Assembly (NCBI GenBank): GCA_965231215.1
Contig: OZ246423.1
Coordinates: 1,056,001 to 1,120,000 of the forward strand
From: Candidatus Altimarinota bacterium
GTDB taxonomy: Bacteria > Patescibacteriota > Gracilibacteria > UBA4473
Direction: 5' to 3'
Length of the DNA: 64,000 nt
Part shown: positions 38,697 to 49,012 of the stretch, one piece after another
Layout: each line of letters starts with the position of its first letter
Numbering within the stretch: position 1 is the stretch's first letter
The notes under the pieces: model-generated
The model's input: the letters and a program-made list of their open reading frames with translations, nothing else
The model's database searches: none
What the model was told of the DNA's origin: nothing
Position numbers and translations under genes: made by a program

Positions 38697-40175
38697 CTAT
38701 CCTCTGTATCGGAAAAATAACCGAAGCCATCTTCGAACTTTTTCAGAAAAAAGCTTAGACCCATAATGTGATCCGGCGGCCCACTTACTGGCTTCACCAA
38801 AAGTTGGGTAAATAAAGGTCGATCTGGCAATTTTACTGAGTTTGAGTTTTTGATTTATGGCCAGCTGCCATTCACGGATCATCTCGCCGGCACGCGATCC
38901 TACAATTTGAGCGCCAATGACGCGTTCTTTCTTATCAATGATAATTTTTACAAATCCCATAGTTTCACTTTCAGTGAGAGCTCTATCATTTTTAGCAAAA
39001 TCAAACTTTACAATGGTATGTGGGATTTTGGCTTTTTTAACGGTGTGTTCGCTGTAGCCGATGCTAGCGACTTCGGGGTCAGTATAGATAGTCCATCCAA
39101 TGGTTTGGTAGTCTGCCTTGGCTGGGATATGTAAAATTTCATTAGCCAAAACGATGCCAGCTTCATAATTGGCAGTATGGGTAAACATGGATTTACCGTT
39201 TACATCCCCAATGGCGGTAATGTGTTTTTTGTTAGTACGGCATTTTTTATCCACGGTAATACCTCGTTCTGTGAATTTTACGCCGGCGGCACCTAAGTCT
39301 AATGCTGTATTGGGTTGCCTGCCAGCGGCGACCAAAATTTCATGGGCTTCAAGAACACTGGTTTCACCAGTTTCACTATTTTTAATATAGATATTTTTGT
39401 AAATATCATTCTTTTCAACTTTCTCAATCTCGGTGTTTAGTAGTACTTTTACGCCTTCTTCTTCGAATACTTGATTCATAGTATTGGCTATGTCATCAGC
39501 AAAACGTCCAAAAAATTTAGCATGTTGTTCTAAGATAGTTACTTCACTTCCAAGTCGTGTAAATGACTGAGCCAGCTCTGAGGCAATAACGCCACCTCCA
39601 ATAATGGCCAGTTTTTTAGGAAATTCACGAATTCGGAAAACGTCTTCATTGGTAATGAAACCAGTTTCTTTTAACCCTGGGATTTCTGGAATCCTTGGGT
39701 GAGAACCTGTAGCAATACAGATTTTTTTTCCCTGTACTTGAGCATTCCCAGCGGTAGTCATACCTTCCGGTTGCAGAGAGGTAAGCCGAGGATTAAACCT
39801 AATGTTTACTTTGTGTGATCCAAGAAAATTAGCGGTTCCAAAAACCACCTCACACCCTAGTTTTCTAAATCTATCTGGGTGATCATGTTTTTGTATATGA
39901 CCTTGTATATTAGCTATTCGATTCACCACATTAGACCAATCAACTTTAAGCGCTGTTGATTCTAGGCCATATTTTTGTGCGTGTTTGATTTGATGAGCTA
40001 GCTTAGAAGTCTTTATCAAAGATTTACTCGGTACACATCCGTAATGCAGACAATCACCTCCCAACATCTCGGCTGATATGAGTAAGGTTTTAACCCCTAA
40101 CTGAGCCGCTCCAGAAGCTAAGCTCAACCCTCCTGAACCACCTCCAATAATGATAAGATCGTAGTCGTAAGCCAT
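38697..40175 (-). CDS. FAD-dependent disulfide oxidoreductase (MerA/Lpd-like, without C-terminal Cys pair)
   Basis: GGGSGG, GGDCLHYGCVPSK, GGGVIASE, FTHTA, YPT. Confidence 0.9.
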   Translation of the reverse strand: MAYDYDLIIIGGGSGGLSLASGAAQLGVKTLLISAEMLGGDCLHYGCVPSKSLIKTSKLAHQIKHAQKYGLESTALKVDWSNVVNRIANIQGHIQKHDHPDRFRKLGCEVVFGTANFLGSHKVNIRFNPRLTSLQPEGMTTAGNAQVQGKKICIATGSHPRIPEIPGLKETGFITNEDVFRIREFPKKLAIIGGGVIASELAQSFTRLGSEVTILEQHAKFFGRFADDIANTMNQVFEEEGVKVLLNTEIEKVEKNDIYKNIYIKNSETGETSVLEAHEILVAAGRQPNTALDLGAAGVKFTERGITVDKKCRTNKKHITAIGDVNGKSMFTHTANYEAGIVLANEILHIPAKADYQTIGWTIYTDPEVASIGYSEHTVKKAKIPHTIVKFDFAKNDRALTESETMGFVKIIIDKKERVIGAQIVGSRAGEMIREWQLAINQKLKLSKIARSTFIYPTFGEASKWAAGSHYGSKLFSEKVRRWLRLFFRYRG

Positions 40176-40187
40176 AAATATAAAGAG

Positions 40188-40853
40188 TTATTTTTCTTCG
40201 CCTTGGAATTTTTTCACTATTTTGGGGACGAGTAAAACCAAAACAATCAGAACCGCTGGTAAAATCAGCGCCTTTGGGCCTTTTAACAAAGAGTCTCCAA
40301 AAAACACAAAGGCTGGACTAAAAATCATATTCGTCACCAATGTAGCGATGAAAAAGTCTCGAGCCTTAGCCGTCTTAATCATTCCAGCTGCATAGCTGAG
40401 TGGAGCGTAGGGGAGGAATAAGCATCTTAAGATGAAAAAGTTTCTGAGTCCGTTTTTTTGGCATTTTTCTTCGAGTGTTTTGATGAGGCTCCCAATGCCT
40501 TTTTTCTGTTTAAGGGCGTGTACTTTGTCTGAACCCAAATTCTTACTAACATAAAAGGCTGTTTGAGCCGCTGCTGTGGCCGCAATTATCACATAAATTG
40601 ATCCCCAAAGTTTCCCAAAAAGGAGTCCGGCTAAAACTGTAAAAAGCGCCGCAGAGACAAACAATAAAGTCAAAACGTAATAGATCACTATAAACACTAT
40701 CGGCGCAAAAACGCCGAAGGATTCTATAGTAGATTTCAAGTTCTCAGGGCTTGTAAAGGCCTTAATCTCATCAAAATACTGTAGCTGGTGTATACAATAA
40801 ATGCCACTTCCCATGAGGGTGAGCACCAAAAGCAGGATAAGCCATTTTCGCAT
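40188..40853 (-). CDS. TVP38/TMEM64 (DedA/VTT) membrane protein
   Basis: FGVFAPIVF, AGLLFG, LRCLFLP...SYAAG; commonly adjacent to this oxidoreductase family. Confidence 0.88.
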   Translation of the reverse strand: MRKWLILLLVLTLMGSGIYCIHQLQYFDEIKAFTSPENLKSTIESFGVFAPIVFIVIYYVLTLLFVSAALFTVLAGLLFGKLWGSIYVIIAATAAAQTAFYVSKNLGSDKVHALKQKKGIGSLIKTLEEKCQKNGLRNFFILRCLFLPYAPLSYAAGMIKTAKARDFFIATLVTNMIFSPAFVFFGDSLLKGPKALILPAVLIVLVLLVPKIVKKFQGEEK

Positions 40854-40909
40854 TGGTGTATATTTTATGAGAGGGCGGGAGAAATTAAAAGGAAGAGATG
40901 TGGTCTATG

Positions 40910-41812
40910 CTACTGGTTTGGGAAACCACTTTTGGAAACCCAGATATCATCAACATACAGCGTTTGGATGTTTGTTTCATTAGTATTTCCAGTCCCACCA
41001 ATCTCTAGGATGTTATAGACACTGCTAGGAGTTGGGAGAGTTCGCCCTTTATGGTGAATAAGTTTGCGATCATTTTGCCATACTTCCATCTGCCCACTAG
41101 TGGTTCCAGAGAGCTTCATTTTAACCCGAATATTCACCCATTTATTACGCGGAACTGAAATCTGTTCCATGAGGTCTTGGCTAAAGAGCTTGGCTTTGGG
41201 CATCCAGTTGTCTAGGTCTGAATAGATGTAGTTTTGCCCCTCAAAAAACAACCTTCTGCCGGGTTCTCCTAGGTATCTAAGAGAATGATGAGGAGACCTA
41301 ATAGCCAAAAATGAAAGTCCCTTTAGGTTCTGGACAGAATCTTCTGGTCCCTCGAAATAAAACCACCCAGAAAAATAAAAATCATCGCCTTCTTTAAAAT
41401 CAAAAAGCTGCCTCCTGATGGCGACTTTAGAATCTCCAAACCACTGCCTTTTAAAAGGATGTACAGTGAATTTTAAAGCATTGCGACCGCGGAAGGTGTT
41501 TTCATTTTGGATTTCAAAATGGTTTTGGTTTTCATCCATAGTACAATTATAAACCCCCAGCATACAGTATTTGATAGGGCGACGGATTTTTTTCTCATTA
41601 TTTTGGACGATCACTTCATGCCATCGTGAGTAATCTTGAGGAAATAAATCACTAATACTGCTGGCCTTCTCAAATCCATCAAAAAACTGATTTGTCTTTG
41701 GCTGAGTTGTGTAGGCTTCCTTCATTTTTTTTTGCTCAGGAGTCTGGTAAGCCACGTTGTATCCTACCCAGAGGAGTCCTAGTAAGATAGCGATTTTTAT
41801 AATTTTTCCCAT
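40910..41812 (-). CDS. Membrane-anchored beta-jelly-roll protein (polysaccharide lyase/heparin lyase I-like)
   Basis: N-terminal TM; FFDGFE, GRNALKF, SGWFYF, VPRNKWV, GQMEVWQND, LYVDDIWVS. Confidence 0.65.
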   Translation of the reverse strand: MGKIIKIAILLGLLWVGYNVAYQTPEQKKMKEAYTTQPKTNQFFDGFEKASSISDLFPQDYSRWHEVIVQNNEKKIRRPIKYCMLGVYNCTMDENQNHFEIQNENTFRGRNALKFTVHPFKRQWFGDSKVAIRRQLFDFKEGDDFYFSGWFYFEGPEDSVQNLKGLSFLAIRSPHHSLRYLGEPGRRLFFEGQNYIYSDLDNWMPKAKLFSQDLMEQISVPRNKWVNIRVKMKLSGTTSGQMEVWQNDRKLIHHKGRTLPTPSSVYNILEIGGTGNTNETNIQTLYVDDIWVSKSGFPNQ

Positions 41813-41829
41813 ATGTTTTTGTTTTTTTT

Positions 41830-42165
41830 TTAGCACAGGCGTGTACCGTTTTGTACGCTAGATTCTGTGGTTGTAAGTATAACACCATTAGGGCAATGAA
41901 ATCCAGTAATCAGTACTTCGGACATAAAATTGGCTACCTGTTTGGGCTTAAAGTTAGTCACACAAATGACCTGTAGACCTATTAAATTTTTAGGTGAATA
42001 GTTCTTGGTGAGTTGGGCTGAAGATTTTTTGACGCCAAGCTCATCACCCAAATCCACCCAGACTTTGTAGGCTGGATTTTTGGCTTTGGGAAATATCTCT
42101 GCTTTGGTGATGGTTCCAACGCGTAGATCTACTTTTTCAAAATCAGCCCATGAAATTTTTTCCAT
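41830..42165 (-). CDS. csaA: CsaA tRNA-binding/export chaperone
   Basis: DFEKVDLRVGTI, KKSSAQLT, VTNFKPKQVANFMSEVL. Confidence 0.92.
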   Translation of the reverse strand: MEKISWADFEKVDLRVGTITKAEIFPKAKNPAYKVWVDLGDELGVKKSSAQLTKNYSPKNLIGLQVICVTNFKPKQVANFMSEVLITGFHCPNGVILTTTESSVQNGTRLC

Positions 42166-42279
42166 GAGCTGATTGTAGTTAAGTTTTATAAAAACTTTAA
42201 GCGGCTAAAAAAAATTAAGGGCTAAATATAGTAGAAGTTTTTTTGTAGTTCTTGAAATTTTAACCTAAAATTCAGATTA

Positions 42280-42891
42280 ATGATTTCCCCACGAACATTA
42301 ATTTTTTGTCTGGTGTTTTTTCTTGCAGGGTGTTCTGTGAACCCAGAGCCGAAAGCCTCACACATTGCGGATCAAAATATCCCACTAGCGGTGATTTTAG
42401 AAGATGAAGCAGGAGGGGTTATCGGAAAGGGAACTCAATTTCAAGAGGATATCTACATTGCGCCAGATCACCTCTGGCAGCAAGGAGGTAAATTGTATGC
42501 TGATGGTTATCCTATAAAAGTTTTAGTGCGAGACTTTCGGCATGATTTACTCTTTTTTAGAACCGCTTCTAAACCCTCAGGTTCAGCACTTACTTGGGTA
42601 GAGACTCCGCCAGGGGTTGGAACCAAGCTTTTTTGGCATGATGGGAATCGCATCCATGAAGTACATGTAATGTCTACCAAAGGAACATTTGCCACTCAAC
42701 AGGTCGAGATAGAACAACTCATGACGGTAGATGATACGCTGAGTCATGGAGATTCGGGAAGTGCGGTGTTTGATGAAAAAGGACATATTCATGGTATTTT
42801 GATTGCTACAGATTTAGTAGAAGGGGTGTCTTATTTTGTGAGAGGCGACCGAATTCGAGCCTTAGCTGAAGAATATTTAGAAGATCTATAA
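42280..42891 (+). CDS. Trypsin-like serine protease, lipoprotein
   Basis: Lipobox LAGC; APDH (His), HDLL (Asp), GDSGSAV (Ser). Confidence 0.8.
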   Translation: MISPRTLIFCLVFFLAGCSVNPEPKASHIADQNIPLAVILEDEAGGVIGKGTQFQEDIYIAPDHLWQQGGKLYADGYPIKVLVRDFRHDLLFFRTASKPSGSALTWVETPPGVGTKLFWHDGNRIHEVHVMSTKGTFATQQVEIEQLMTVDDTLSHGDSGSAVFDEKGHIHGILIATDLVEGVSYFVRGDRIRALAEEYLEDL

Positions 42892-43026
42892 AAAACCTAA
42901 AAACCTTCAGTCTCCTTTGTCAGAAAAAAAAGAGCCTGTCATACGTTAAGTAGGTTTATTTACCGTCTTTTTAGCTTTCGTGAACCCTTCGTTTTTAAGC
43001 CTTTTATTCTTCCCTCTTTTTTAAGC

Positions 43027-43054
43027 TTGACCACTACACAAAAGCCCCTAAAAT
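43027..43054 (+). promoter_or_regulatory. rpsO promoter
   Basis: TTGACC-16 nt-TAAAAT with GC-rich discriminator CACGCGG. Confidence 0.7.
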
Positions 43055-43080
43055 CACGCGGCTAATTAACTTTTTTATTA

Positions 43081-43344
43081 ATGGTATCTAAAGACAAGAA
43101 AGCGGTGATCGGTGATCATCAAATGCACGGAAAAGATACAGGCTCTGCTCCCGTTCAGGTTGCAATTTTGACTGACCGAATTAATTCGCTGACCGAACAC
43201 CTTAAAACTCACCCAAAAGATAAACACTCCAGACGAGGCCTTATCGGGTTGGTGGGGAAACGACGCCGACTGCTCAGGTATTTACAGCTTAACGACCCCA
43301 AAAAATACAGAGAAGTTGTGAAAGCCCTTGAACTCAGATCGTAA
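43081..43344 (+). CDS. rpsO: 30S ribosomal protein S15
   Basis: [33 protein letters not shown]. Confidence 0.98.
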   Translation: MVSKDKKAVIGDHQMHGKDTGSAPVQVAILTDRINSLTEHLKTHPKDKHSRRGLIGLVGKRRRLLRYLQLNDPKKYREVVKALELRS

Positions 43345-43350
43345 AAAACT

Positions 43351-43388
43351 AAAAACGCTGCGGAGTAACGACCGGGCGTTTTTCTTTT
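43351..43388 (+). terminator. Intrinsic terminator between rpsO and pnp
   Basis: AAAAACGCTGCGG...CCGGGCGTTTTTCTTTT. Confidence 0.6.
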
Positions 43389-43456
43389 AATAGGAAAATT
43401 CCTCATCGTTTTTCTGTGGCGTTGCAGTAATACTTTTATTTTTTAACGTTTAACAA

Positions 43457-45565
43457 ATGACAAACGTACAACGCTTCGCTACCCAACTCGGCGATCAACA
43501 AATAGAGTTTGAAACCGGTTTACTTGCGCCTCAGGCTCAAGGTTCAGTTTTGGTAAAATACGGAGAACAAAGACTTTTGGTAACCGTAGGTGTCGGAGCT
43601 GGAAGAGAAGGAACAGATTTTTTTCCGCTCGTAGTGGAGTACGAACCAAAGACATATGCTCTTGGGTTCTTAAAACACTCAAAAATTAGTAAACGAGAAG
43701 GCCGAAAAAGTGACCGAGATATACTAACTTGCCGAATTGCTGATAGACCTCTCCGGCCAATGTTTCCAAAAGGAATCCGAGATGAAGTGCAAATTATTGC
43801 GACTCAACTTCAGACAGACGGAACTAAAACTCCTGCTCCACACGTAATTAACGGAGCCAGCGTGGCGATTCAACTAGCCGGACTTCCATTTGAAGCTTCA
43901 GTGGCTTCTGTGCAAGTAGGGAAGGATGATGAAGGCAACTTTGTCACGTGCCCAACCTATGAACAAGTAGACAAAAATGGTCTGGATCTCATCCTAGCTG
44001 GAACCGCTGATGCCATTACTATGGTAGAAGCTGGAGCCGATTTGATCACTAATGAAGAAATGTTGGCCGCTCTAGAATACGGTCATCAAGAGATCAAAAA
44101 ACTGTGTGCTGAACAAGACAAATTCATCGCTCAGTTTGATATTGAACCAGTAGAAATGACCCTCGCTTCCGAATCTGAAACCTACGAAGCCGCAAGCGTG
44201 GCTGTAGATTCTCTTATTTCTGAAGATGCACTTAGTGAAGTTCGCGGAACGACGAAGAAAGAAATTAAAAAGAAAATGAAGGTTCTAGAAGCAAAACTTT
44301 GCCAAGCTTGTGAAGCTCAGATAGAAGCCGAAGAATTCTCGGAAAGCGAACTTATGACCGCCCTTGAAAAACGGTTTGCTAAAAATATGCGTAAAGGCGT
44401 ATTTGAAACCGGAAAACGAGCTGATGGAAGAGCTATTGATGAAATCCGACCACTTTACACGGAAGTCGGAATGCTGAACCGAGTGCATGGTTGTGGATTC
44501 TTTCAACGAGGAGAAACTCAAGCTCTTTCGGTGCTAACTCTGGGGGGGCCAGATGAAGAAATGCATGTGCCAGACACAGATCGACCAGAATTTAAACAAC
44601 GATATATCCATCACTATAACTTTCCTCCCTTCTCCGTGGGGGAAGTTCGGCCACTGCGTGGCCCGGGACGACGAGAGATTGGACACGGAGCTCTGGCTGA
44701 ACGAGCCCTCAAATATGTAGTTCCAGGCCCAGAAGAAGGATGGGCGTACACCATGCGTGTCGTATCAGAAATTTTGGCTTGTAATGGCTCAAGCTCTATG
44801 GCGTCTGTGTGCGGATCAACTCTAGCGCTTATGCACGGAGGAGTACCACTAAAAGCTCCAGTAGCCGGAATCGCTATGGGACTCCTTATGGATGAAGAAA
44901 CCGGTGATTACCGAATCCTTACCGATATCCAAGGACTAGAGGACTTTGATGGAGATATGGACTTCAAAGTAACCGGAGACGGTGAACGAATCACGTGTCT
45001 ACAACTAGATATCAAGATCAAAGGTCTAGATCTAAGCCTGCTTAAAGATGCCCTTGAAAGAGCTCAAACGGCTCGAAAAACCATCTTGGATAATATGCTG
45101 GCCACTATCCCAGAGCCAAGGAGTGAGATGAATGAATTTGCGCCACTCATTGAAGTAATGAAAGTAGATGAAGACGATATTCGCATCGTGATTGGGAAAG
45201 GAGGAGAAACCATCCAAGGAATGACGGCTGAATACGACGTTAAAATCTCTATTGAAGATGATGGGACCGTAACTATTGCTGGACTTCGTGAAAACATAAA
45301 AGGCGCTCGTGAAGCCATCGAAAAACTCACTTACAAACCTTCAGCAGGGGATGTTTTCACCGAATGCCCAGTAAAAACTATTATGGACTTTGGAGCGTTT
45401 GTAGAATACGTTCCAGGCAAAGACGGACTCGTACACATTTCTGAAATCGCTGAAGAACGGGTAGAAAAAGTAGAAGACTACCTCAAAGAAGGTGATTTAG
45501 TAACCGTTAAAATCAAAGAAATTGACCGACAAGGTCGAGTAAAACTCACCATCAAAGGTGTGTAA
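43457..45565 (+). CDS. pnp: Polyribonucleotide nucleotidyltransferase (PNPase)
   Basis: DFFPL, RREIGHG, NGSSSMASVCG, GDMDFKV, KH and S1 domains; canonical rpsO-pnp synteny. Confidence 0.98.
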   Translation: MTNVQRFATQLGDQQIEFETGLLAPQAQGSVLVKYGEQRLLVTVGVGAGREGTDFFPLVVEYEPKTYALGFLKHSKISKREGRKSDRDILTCRIADRPLRPMFPKGIRDEVQIIATQLQTDGTKTPAPHVINGASVAIQLAGLPFEASVASVQVGKDDEGNFVTCPTYEQVDKNGLDLILAGTADAITMVEAGADLITNEEMLAALEYGHQEIKKLCAEQDKFIAQFDIEPVEMTLASESETYEAASVAVDSLISEDALSEVRGTTKKEIKKKMKVLEAKLCQACEAQIEAEEFSESELMTALEKRFAKNMRKGVFETGKRADGRAIDEIRPLYTEVGMLNRVHGCGFFQRGETQALSVLTLGGPDEEMHVPDTDRPEFKQRYIHHYNFPPFSVGEVRPLRGPGRREIGHGALAERALKYVVPGPEEGWAYTMRVVSEILACNGSSSMASVCGSTLALMHGGVPLKAPVAGIAMGLLMDEETGDYRILTDIQGLEDFDGDMDFKVTGDGERITCLQLDIKIKGLDLSLLKDALERAQTARKTILDNMLATIPEPRSEMNEFAPLIEVMKVDEDDIRIVIGKGGETIQGMTAEYDVKISIEDDGTVTIAGLRENIKGAREAIEKLTYKPSAGDVFTECPVKTIMDFGAFVEYVPGKDGLVHISEIAEERVEKVEDYLKEGDLVTVKIKEIDRQGRVKLTIKGV

Positions 45566-45591
45566 TTTAAAAAAGTTTGAATCTTAAAGAA

Positions 45592-45628
45592 GAAGAGGCC
45601 AACACGCTCGCGCGGTTGGCCTCTTTTC
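45592..45628. terminator. Bidirectional terminator
   Basis: GAAGAGGCCAAC...GTTGGCCTCTTTTC between convergent genes. Confidence 0.75.
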
Positions 45629-45651
45629 AAGGTGTCGGTTTTTTTACTGAC

Positions 45652-46947
45652 TCACCCTAAGATGAGGAATCCGATAATGCTCCCTGGAATCAGTAAGAGC
45701 AAGGAAGCTCGCTTTATAGCTCCGAAAGGAGTTAGGCGAACAATCTTCCCTTTTCTAGCCTGCATGTCGCCGCCGCTTAGCCGCCCATCGTGAGAGATGA
45801 GAGCCAGAGCTGCAAAGGCAGGCATGAGCCCCAGTATGAAGACTGAGACAAGGGCGAACAGCTGTACCATCCAACGCTCGGGTAGTTGAGTCCTGATCCA
45901 CCCGAGTAGCTCATAGGCTACTTGCAGCAAAGTAGGCCACTCATGCCGTTGCTCAAAGAGCACGGTCATAAAGGGGGCTCCAGCCAAATGGAGTAACATC
46001 ATCACCCAGGCAGCTGCCCAGATAGGAGCAAAACCAAATTTATTTTTTTCTTGGGAATAGCGACCAAAAACGGTAGCCGCTACCCCAATAGCAACGTATG
46101 CTACTTCTCTCCAAGGGATGAGTTCCCACCACTCCTCGCGGATACGGTAGGATTTTCCCTGAAGTTTGTTCCACAAAGCCTCAGCCATCCTTTCGTGGAT
46201 GTCAGGGAGTGTATACTGAGCAATCACCAAGGCCGCAAAGCCAGCGATCATCAGAACGAACCCGTAACCATTATGAGGACGTAGAAGCTCCAAGTACCCA
46301 GTGGGAAACTTGTAGTGTTTGTTGTTTTCTCGAGCCCAGAGAAGGGCCGTGAAGTAGTGGAGGAACATCAGAATTAGCAAAGTCACCACAATGGTAACCC
46401 GCACCTGATTTTCGTCCCACAACAACTGGAACCCCAAGGGTTGAGCTTGAGTGGCTTGCACAAATGAGCCGAACGGACCGAAGCCCGTGAAAACGGCACT
46501 CCCAAGCAAGGTGGCGATTGTCGCGGCAACGACGGTTATAGCCGGCCCACGTAACCGAAGCACGTGGTAGATAACCGCAATGAGTGAAAGCAATGGGTCA
46601 ACCCACAAAGCTAGCACAAATGCGATAAATACCAGCATGGTTAGATTCCACGGAGTTGGGCTCAGTGGACTCTTTGGGTAGAAGGCGCTGAAAACCGAGA
46701 TAGCCGCAAACAGCAGCGTCACTCGACCCAACCCCCACATAAACGTTAGAAAAAGGGAGCGAGTCCCGTCTTCCATATCTACCAATAGAGCTCCACTAAC
46801 GGCTGTTAGGACCAAGGCCCCGACCGTTACATGGAAATTTTTCCATCCGCCGAATGGATCCCGCCACAGGATCCACAGAAGTATTACCAGAGGCGTCACC
46901 GACGCCGTCCAGCCTACCACACCAGGTAGTTCAAGCAAGTTTGTCAT
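45652..46947 (-). CDS. Orphan polytopic membrane protein (~12 TM), GC-rich; weak resemblance to putative Na+/H+ antiporter folds
   Basis: 431-aa hydrophobic ORF, visibly higher GC than neighbours, strong SD GGAGGTG upstream of the ATG. Confidence 0.75.
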   Translation of the reverse strand: MTNLLELPGVVGWTASVTPLVILLWILWRDPFGGWKNFHVTVGALVLTAVSGALLVDMEDGTRSLFLTFMWGLGRVTLLFAAISVFSAFYPKSPLSPTPWNLTMLVFIAFVLALWVDPLLSLIAVIYHVLRLRGPAITVVAATIATLLGSAVFTGFGPFGSFVQATQAQPLGFQLLWDENQVRVTIVVTLLILMFLHYFTALLWARENNKHYKFPTGYLELLRPHNGYGFVLMIAGFAALVIAQYTLPDIHERMAEALWNKLQGKSYRIREEWWELIPWREVAYVAIGVAATVFGRYSQEKNKFGFAPIWAAAWVMMLLHLAGAPFMTVLFEQRHEWPTLLQVAYELLGWIRTQLPERWMVQLFALVSVFILGLMPAFAALALISHDGRLSGGDMQARKGKIVRLTPFGAIKRASLLLLIPGSIIGFLILG

Positions 46948-47145
46948 CGGTTTTCACCTCCATTTTTCAATTTAATTTCGCTTGTTTGAGACTCTTCTAA
47001 AGACAAATATATCTTCACAAGAGTCTCAAACTTGAGCATCATCAGAATCTGTAAAAGAACCAAAACCTATCACGAGTTTAAAAACTAAGCACAAAGCTTG
47101 TTTTTAAACATATTTATATTATAACTTATTTCTTAAAAAAGTCAA
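46948..47145 (-). promoter_or_regulatory. Promoter + hairpin + boxA-like + 13-bp inverted repeat + SD leader
   Basis: TTGACT(47140-45)-16-TATAAT(47118-23); hairpin 47076-47109; GGTTCTTTTACA 47050-47061; IR GTTTGAGACTCTT/AAGAGTCTCAAAC 46984-47031; GGAGGTG. Confidence 0.65.
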
Positions 47146-47217
47146 TAAATTTCAATCCTGTAAAGCGTTTTTCATTATATTGACTTTTTTTAAAAAACAT
47201 TTTATAAATAATTATAG

Positions 47218-47595
47218 ATGAGAGAAGATCCAAAATTTGAAAATTTTAAAAAAGCCATTCCTGTCGCAAAAAAATTTGCAGAAGGTATTGTAATATCCAT
47301 TCTAGACACTCTGAATACGGCTTCACCTCCAGGGTTTGAGATATGGCTATGGTCTGAGTATTCAAAGCTTTCTAATGTTACATTAGGCGTTCTTTATAAT
47401 TTAGAGAGAATTCGTAAAGTTATCGAAGATATGCCACTGGAACACTATCCTTTAGTTTCAAAAAAAATTGCCCGAGGGATACTCATTCAGGAAGGACGCT
47501 TAGGGGACATAAAAAGGTTTAGAGAGTTAGTTCGGGCGATAGAATCGGGGAAACCAGTGGAATCTAATTCACCACTGGCAAACCACCACTCTTAA
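47218..47595 (+). CDS. Hypothetical protein
   Basis: 125-aa ORF preceded by TTGACT(47180)-17-TATAAA(47203); 3' end overlaps the convergent gene. Confidence 0.65.
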   Translation: MREDPKFENFKKAIPVAKKFAEGIVISILDTLNTASPPGFEIWLWSEYSKLSNVTLGVLYNLERIRKVIEDMPLEHYPLVSKKIARGILIQEGRLGDIKRFRELVRAIESGKPVESNSPLANHHS

Positions 47596-48010
47596 CCTTA
47601 TGACTATGCTGTTCATGAAGGAACTGTTCTAGTTTTTCAGTCGCTTCTGGACTGATAAGATGTTCAATCTTGCATGAATCGGCATCAGCGATGTCTTTGT
47701 TTACCCCTAAAATATTGACAAAAAAATCCATGAAGAGCGCTTTGTTTTTTTTAATCTGTTCAGCAACCCCCAGAGCGTTTTGGGTGAGTGAAAAAGACTT
47801 ATCTTCGTTTTGAACCAGCCAGCCTTTTTTGACCAAAGTTTTGAGCGCTTGAGAAACAGTAGGAGCGGCAATTTCTAAAGCTTTTACGATATCTGCAGCG
47901 CGAGCTTTTCCCAACTCATGAACCGTTACAAGGTAATGAGCCTCACTGTGGGTGAGCGGATTTTCTTGAAAGTGTTTCCATACGGCGTTAGTACTAGTGC
48001 ATCTCATCAA
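47564..48010 (-). CDS. DtxR/MntR family metal-dependent transcriptional regulator
   Basis: LTHSEAHYL, ARAADIV...APTVSQALKTL HTH, ADADSCKIEHLIS. Exact start uncertain. Confidence 0.88.
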   Translation of the reverse strand: MMRCTSTNAVWKHFQENPLTHSEAHYLVTVHELGKARAADIVKALEIAAPTVSQALKTLVKKGWLVQNEDKSFSLTQNALGVAEQIKKNKALFMDFFVNILGVNKDIADADSCKIEHLISPEATEKLEQFLHEQHSHKVKSGGLPVVN

Positions 48011-48204
48011 TGTCTATCTTAAAAATTCCTTTGAAATGAGCAATTACTTTGTTGCCCCTAAAATCCTAGATCGGTTCCCTGTTAGTAGATTTTATTCAGA
48101 AAACTTGATGACGCCTAGAACGTACTAATTTTCAAAAATTTTGACTGTTGCTTTCCTCTCTATTTTGAAATTGATACAATCGGAGGTACATAAACTATAA
48201 AGGT

Positions 48205-48996
48205 ATGAAAGAATTAATCTGGATCGGCTTTAAAAATCCTATGATTCAGTTTGTGGGACTTCTTGGAGTGGTTGTTTTAGGGGCTTTATATTTTAATCCC
48301 AGAATAGAAGTTTGGGCTCATGCGGGGCTAGTGACAGGATTTTTGATTTTGTGGGCGGCTCTTTTTTCCACTCTTTTTAAAGTCAAAAAAAATTTCTGGA
48401 GCACCCTAATTGAGGCCTTTATGTTGCTTTTGCTGATGCACCCTCCCTCGGAGTTGGATGTTAACAGCGTGCTTATAATTGCGGGAACAACATTAGTGGT
48501 AGTAGCTTCACGATTTTTAATTTTGTATCGTAAGCAGGTTATTTTTAATCCCGTTGCTTTGGGGTTGATAGTTGCGTCCTTTTTTGGAGCATTTGGGTCT
48601 TGGTGGGGGATGACCTATGGAGACGGATTTTCTCTGATTGCCATAGGGATGCTGGTGCTTTTTGCGGTATGGAAGATGAAAAAGTTCTGGTTAGGAGCTA
48701 CTTTCTTATTACTAAATTTAGTACTATTAGCAGCCACGGGTGAAGCCCAAAGCCTTAGTTATGTGTATACCGATTCTACTATTTATTTCTTTGCGGGGAT
48801 TATGTTGATGGAGCCTAAAACGTCTCCAAGGCATATACCACTGCAAATTCTCAGTGGAGTTTTGGCAGCTCTGTTCTATAGAGCTGGAGCTCACTTTGGG
48901 CTACCCGAAACGGAGTTAATGACTATCGTGTTTGTGAATGTGTTAAATTGCCTGGATAAAGCCACGCCTGTATTTCGCTTTCTCAAGAAAAAATAG
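48205..48996 (+). CDS. RnfD/NqrB-like integral membrane protein (stand-alone)
   Basis: IFNPVALG, SWWG, FFAGIMLMEPKTSP; no other rnf genes nearby. Confidence 0.7.
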   Translation: MKELIWIGFKNPMIQFVGLLGVVVLGALYFNPRIEVWAHAGLVTGFLILWAALFSTLFKVKKNFWSTLIEAFMLLLLMHPPSELDVNSVLIIAGTTLVVVASRFLILYRKQVIFNPVALGLIVASFFGAFGSWWGMTYGDGFSLIAIGMLVLFAVWKMKKFWLGATFLLLNLVLLAATGEAQSLSYVYTDSTIYFFAGIMLMEPKTSPRHIPLQILSGVLAALFYRAGAHFGLPETELMTIVFVNVLNCLDKATPVFRFLKKK

Positions 48997-49012
48997 CTCA
49001 AACCTATAATAA

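Noticed and set aside
38697-40175. Mercuric reductase merA
   Set aside because: No C-terminal Cys-Cys pair, no NmerA domain and no mer operon genes.
42920-42975. Short matches (AAAAAAAGAGCCT, GTTTATTTAYCG) to the 58957-59010 intergenic region
   Set aside because: Short, AT-rich and in different order; plausible by chance.
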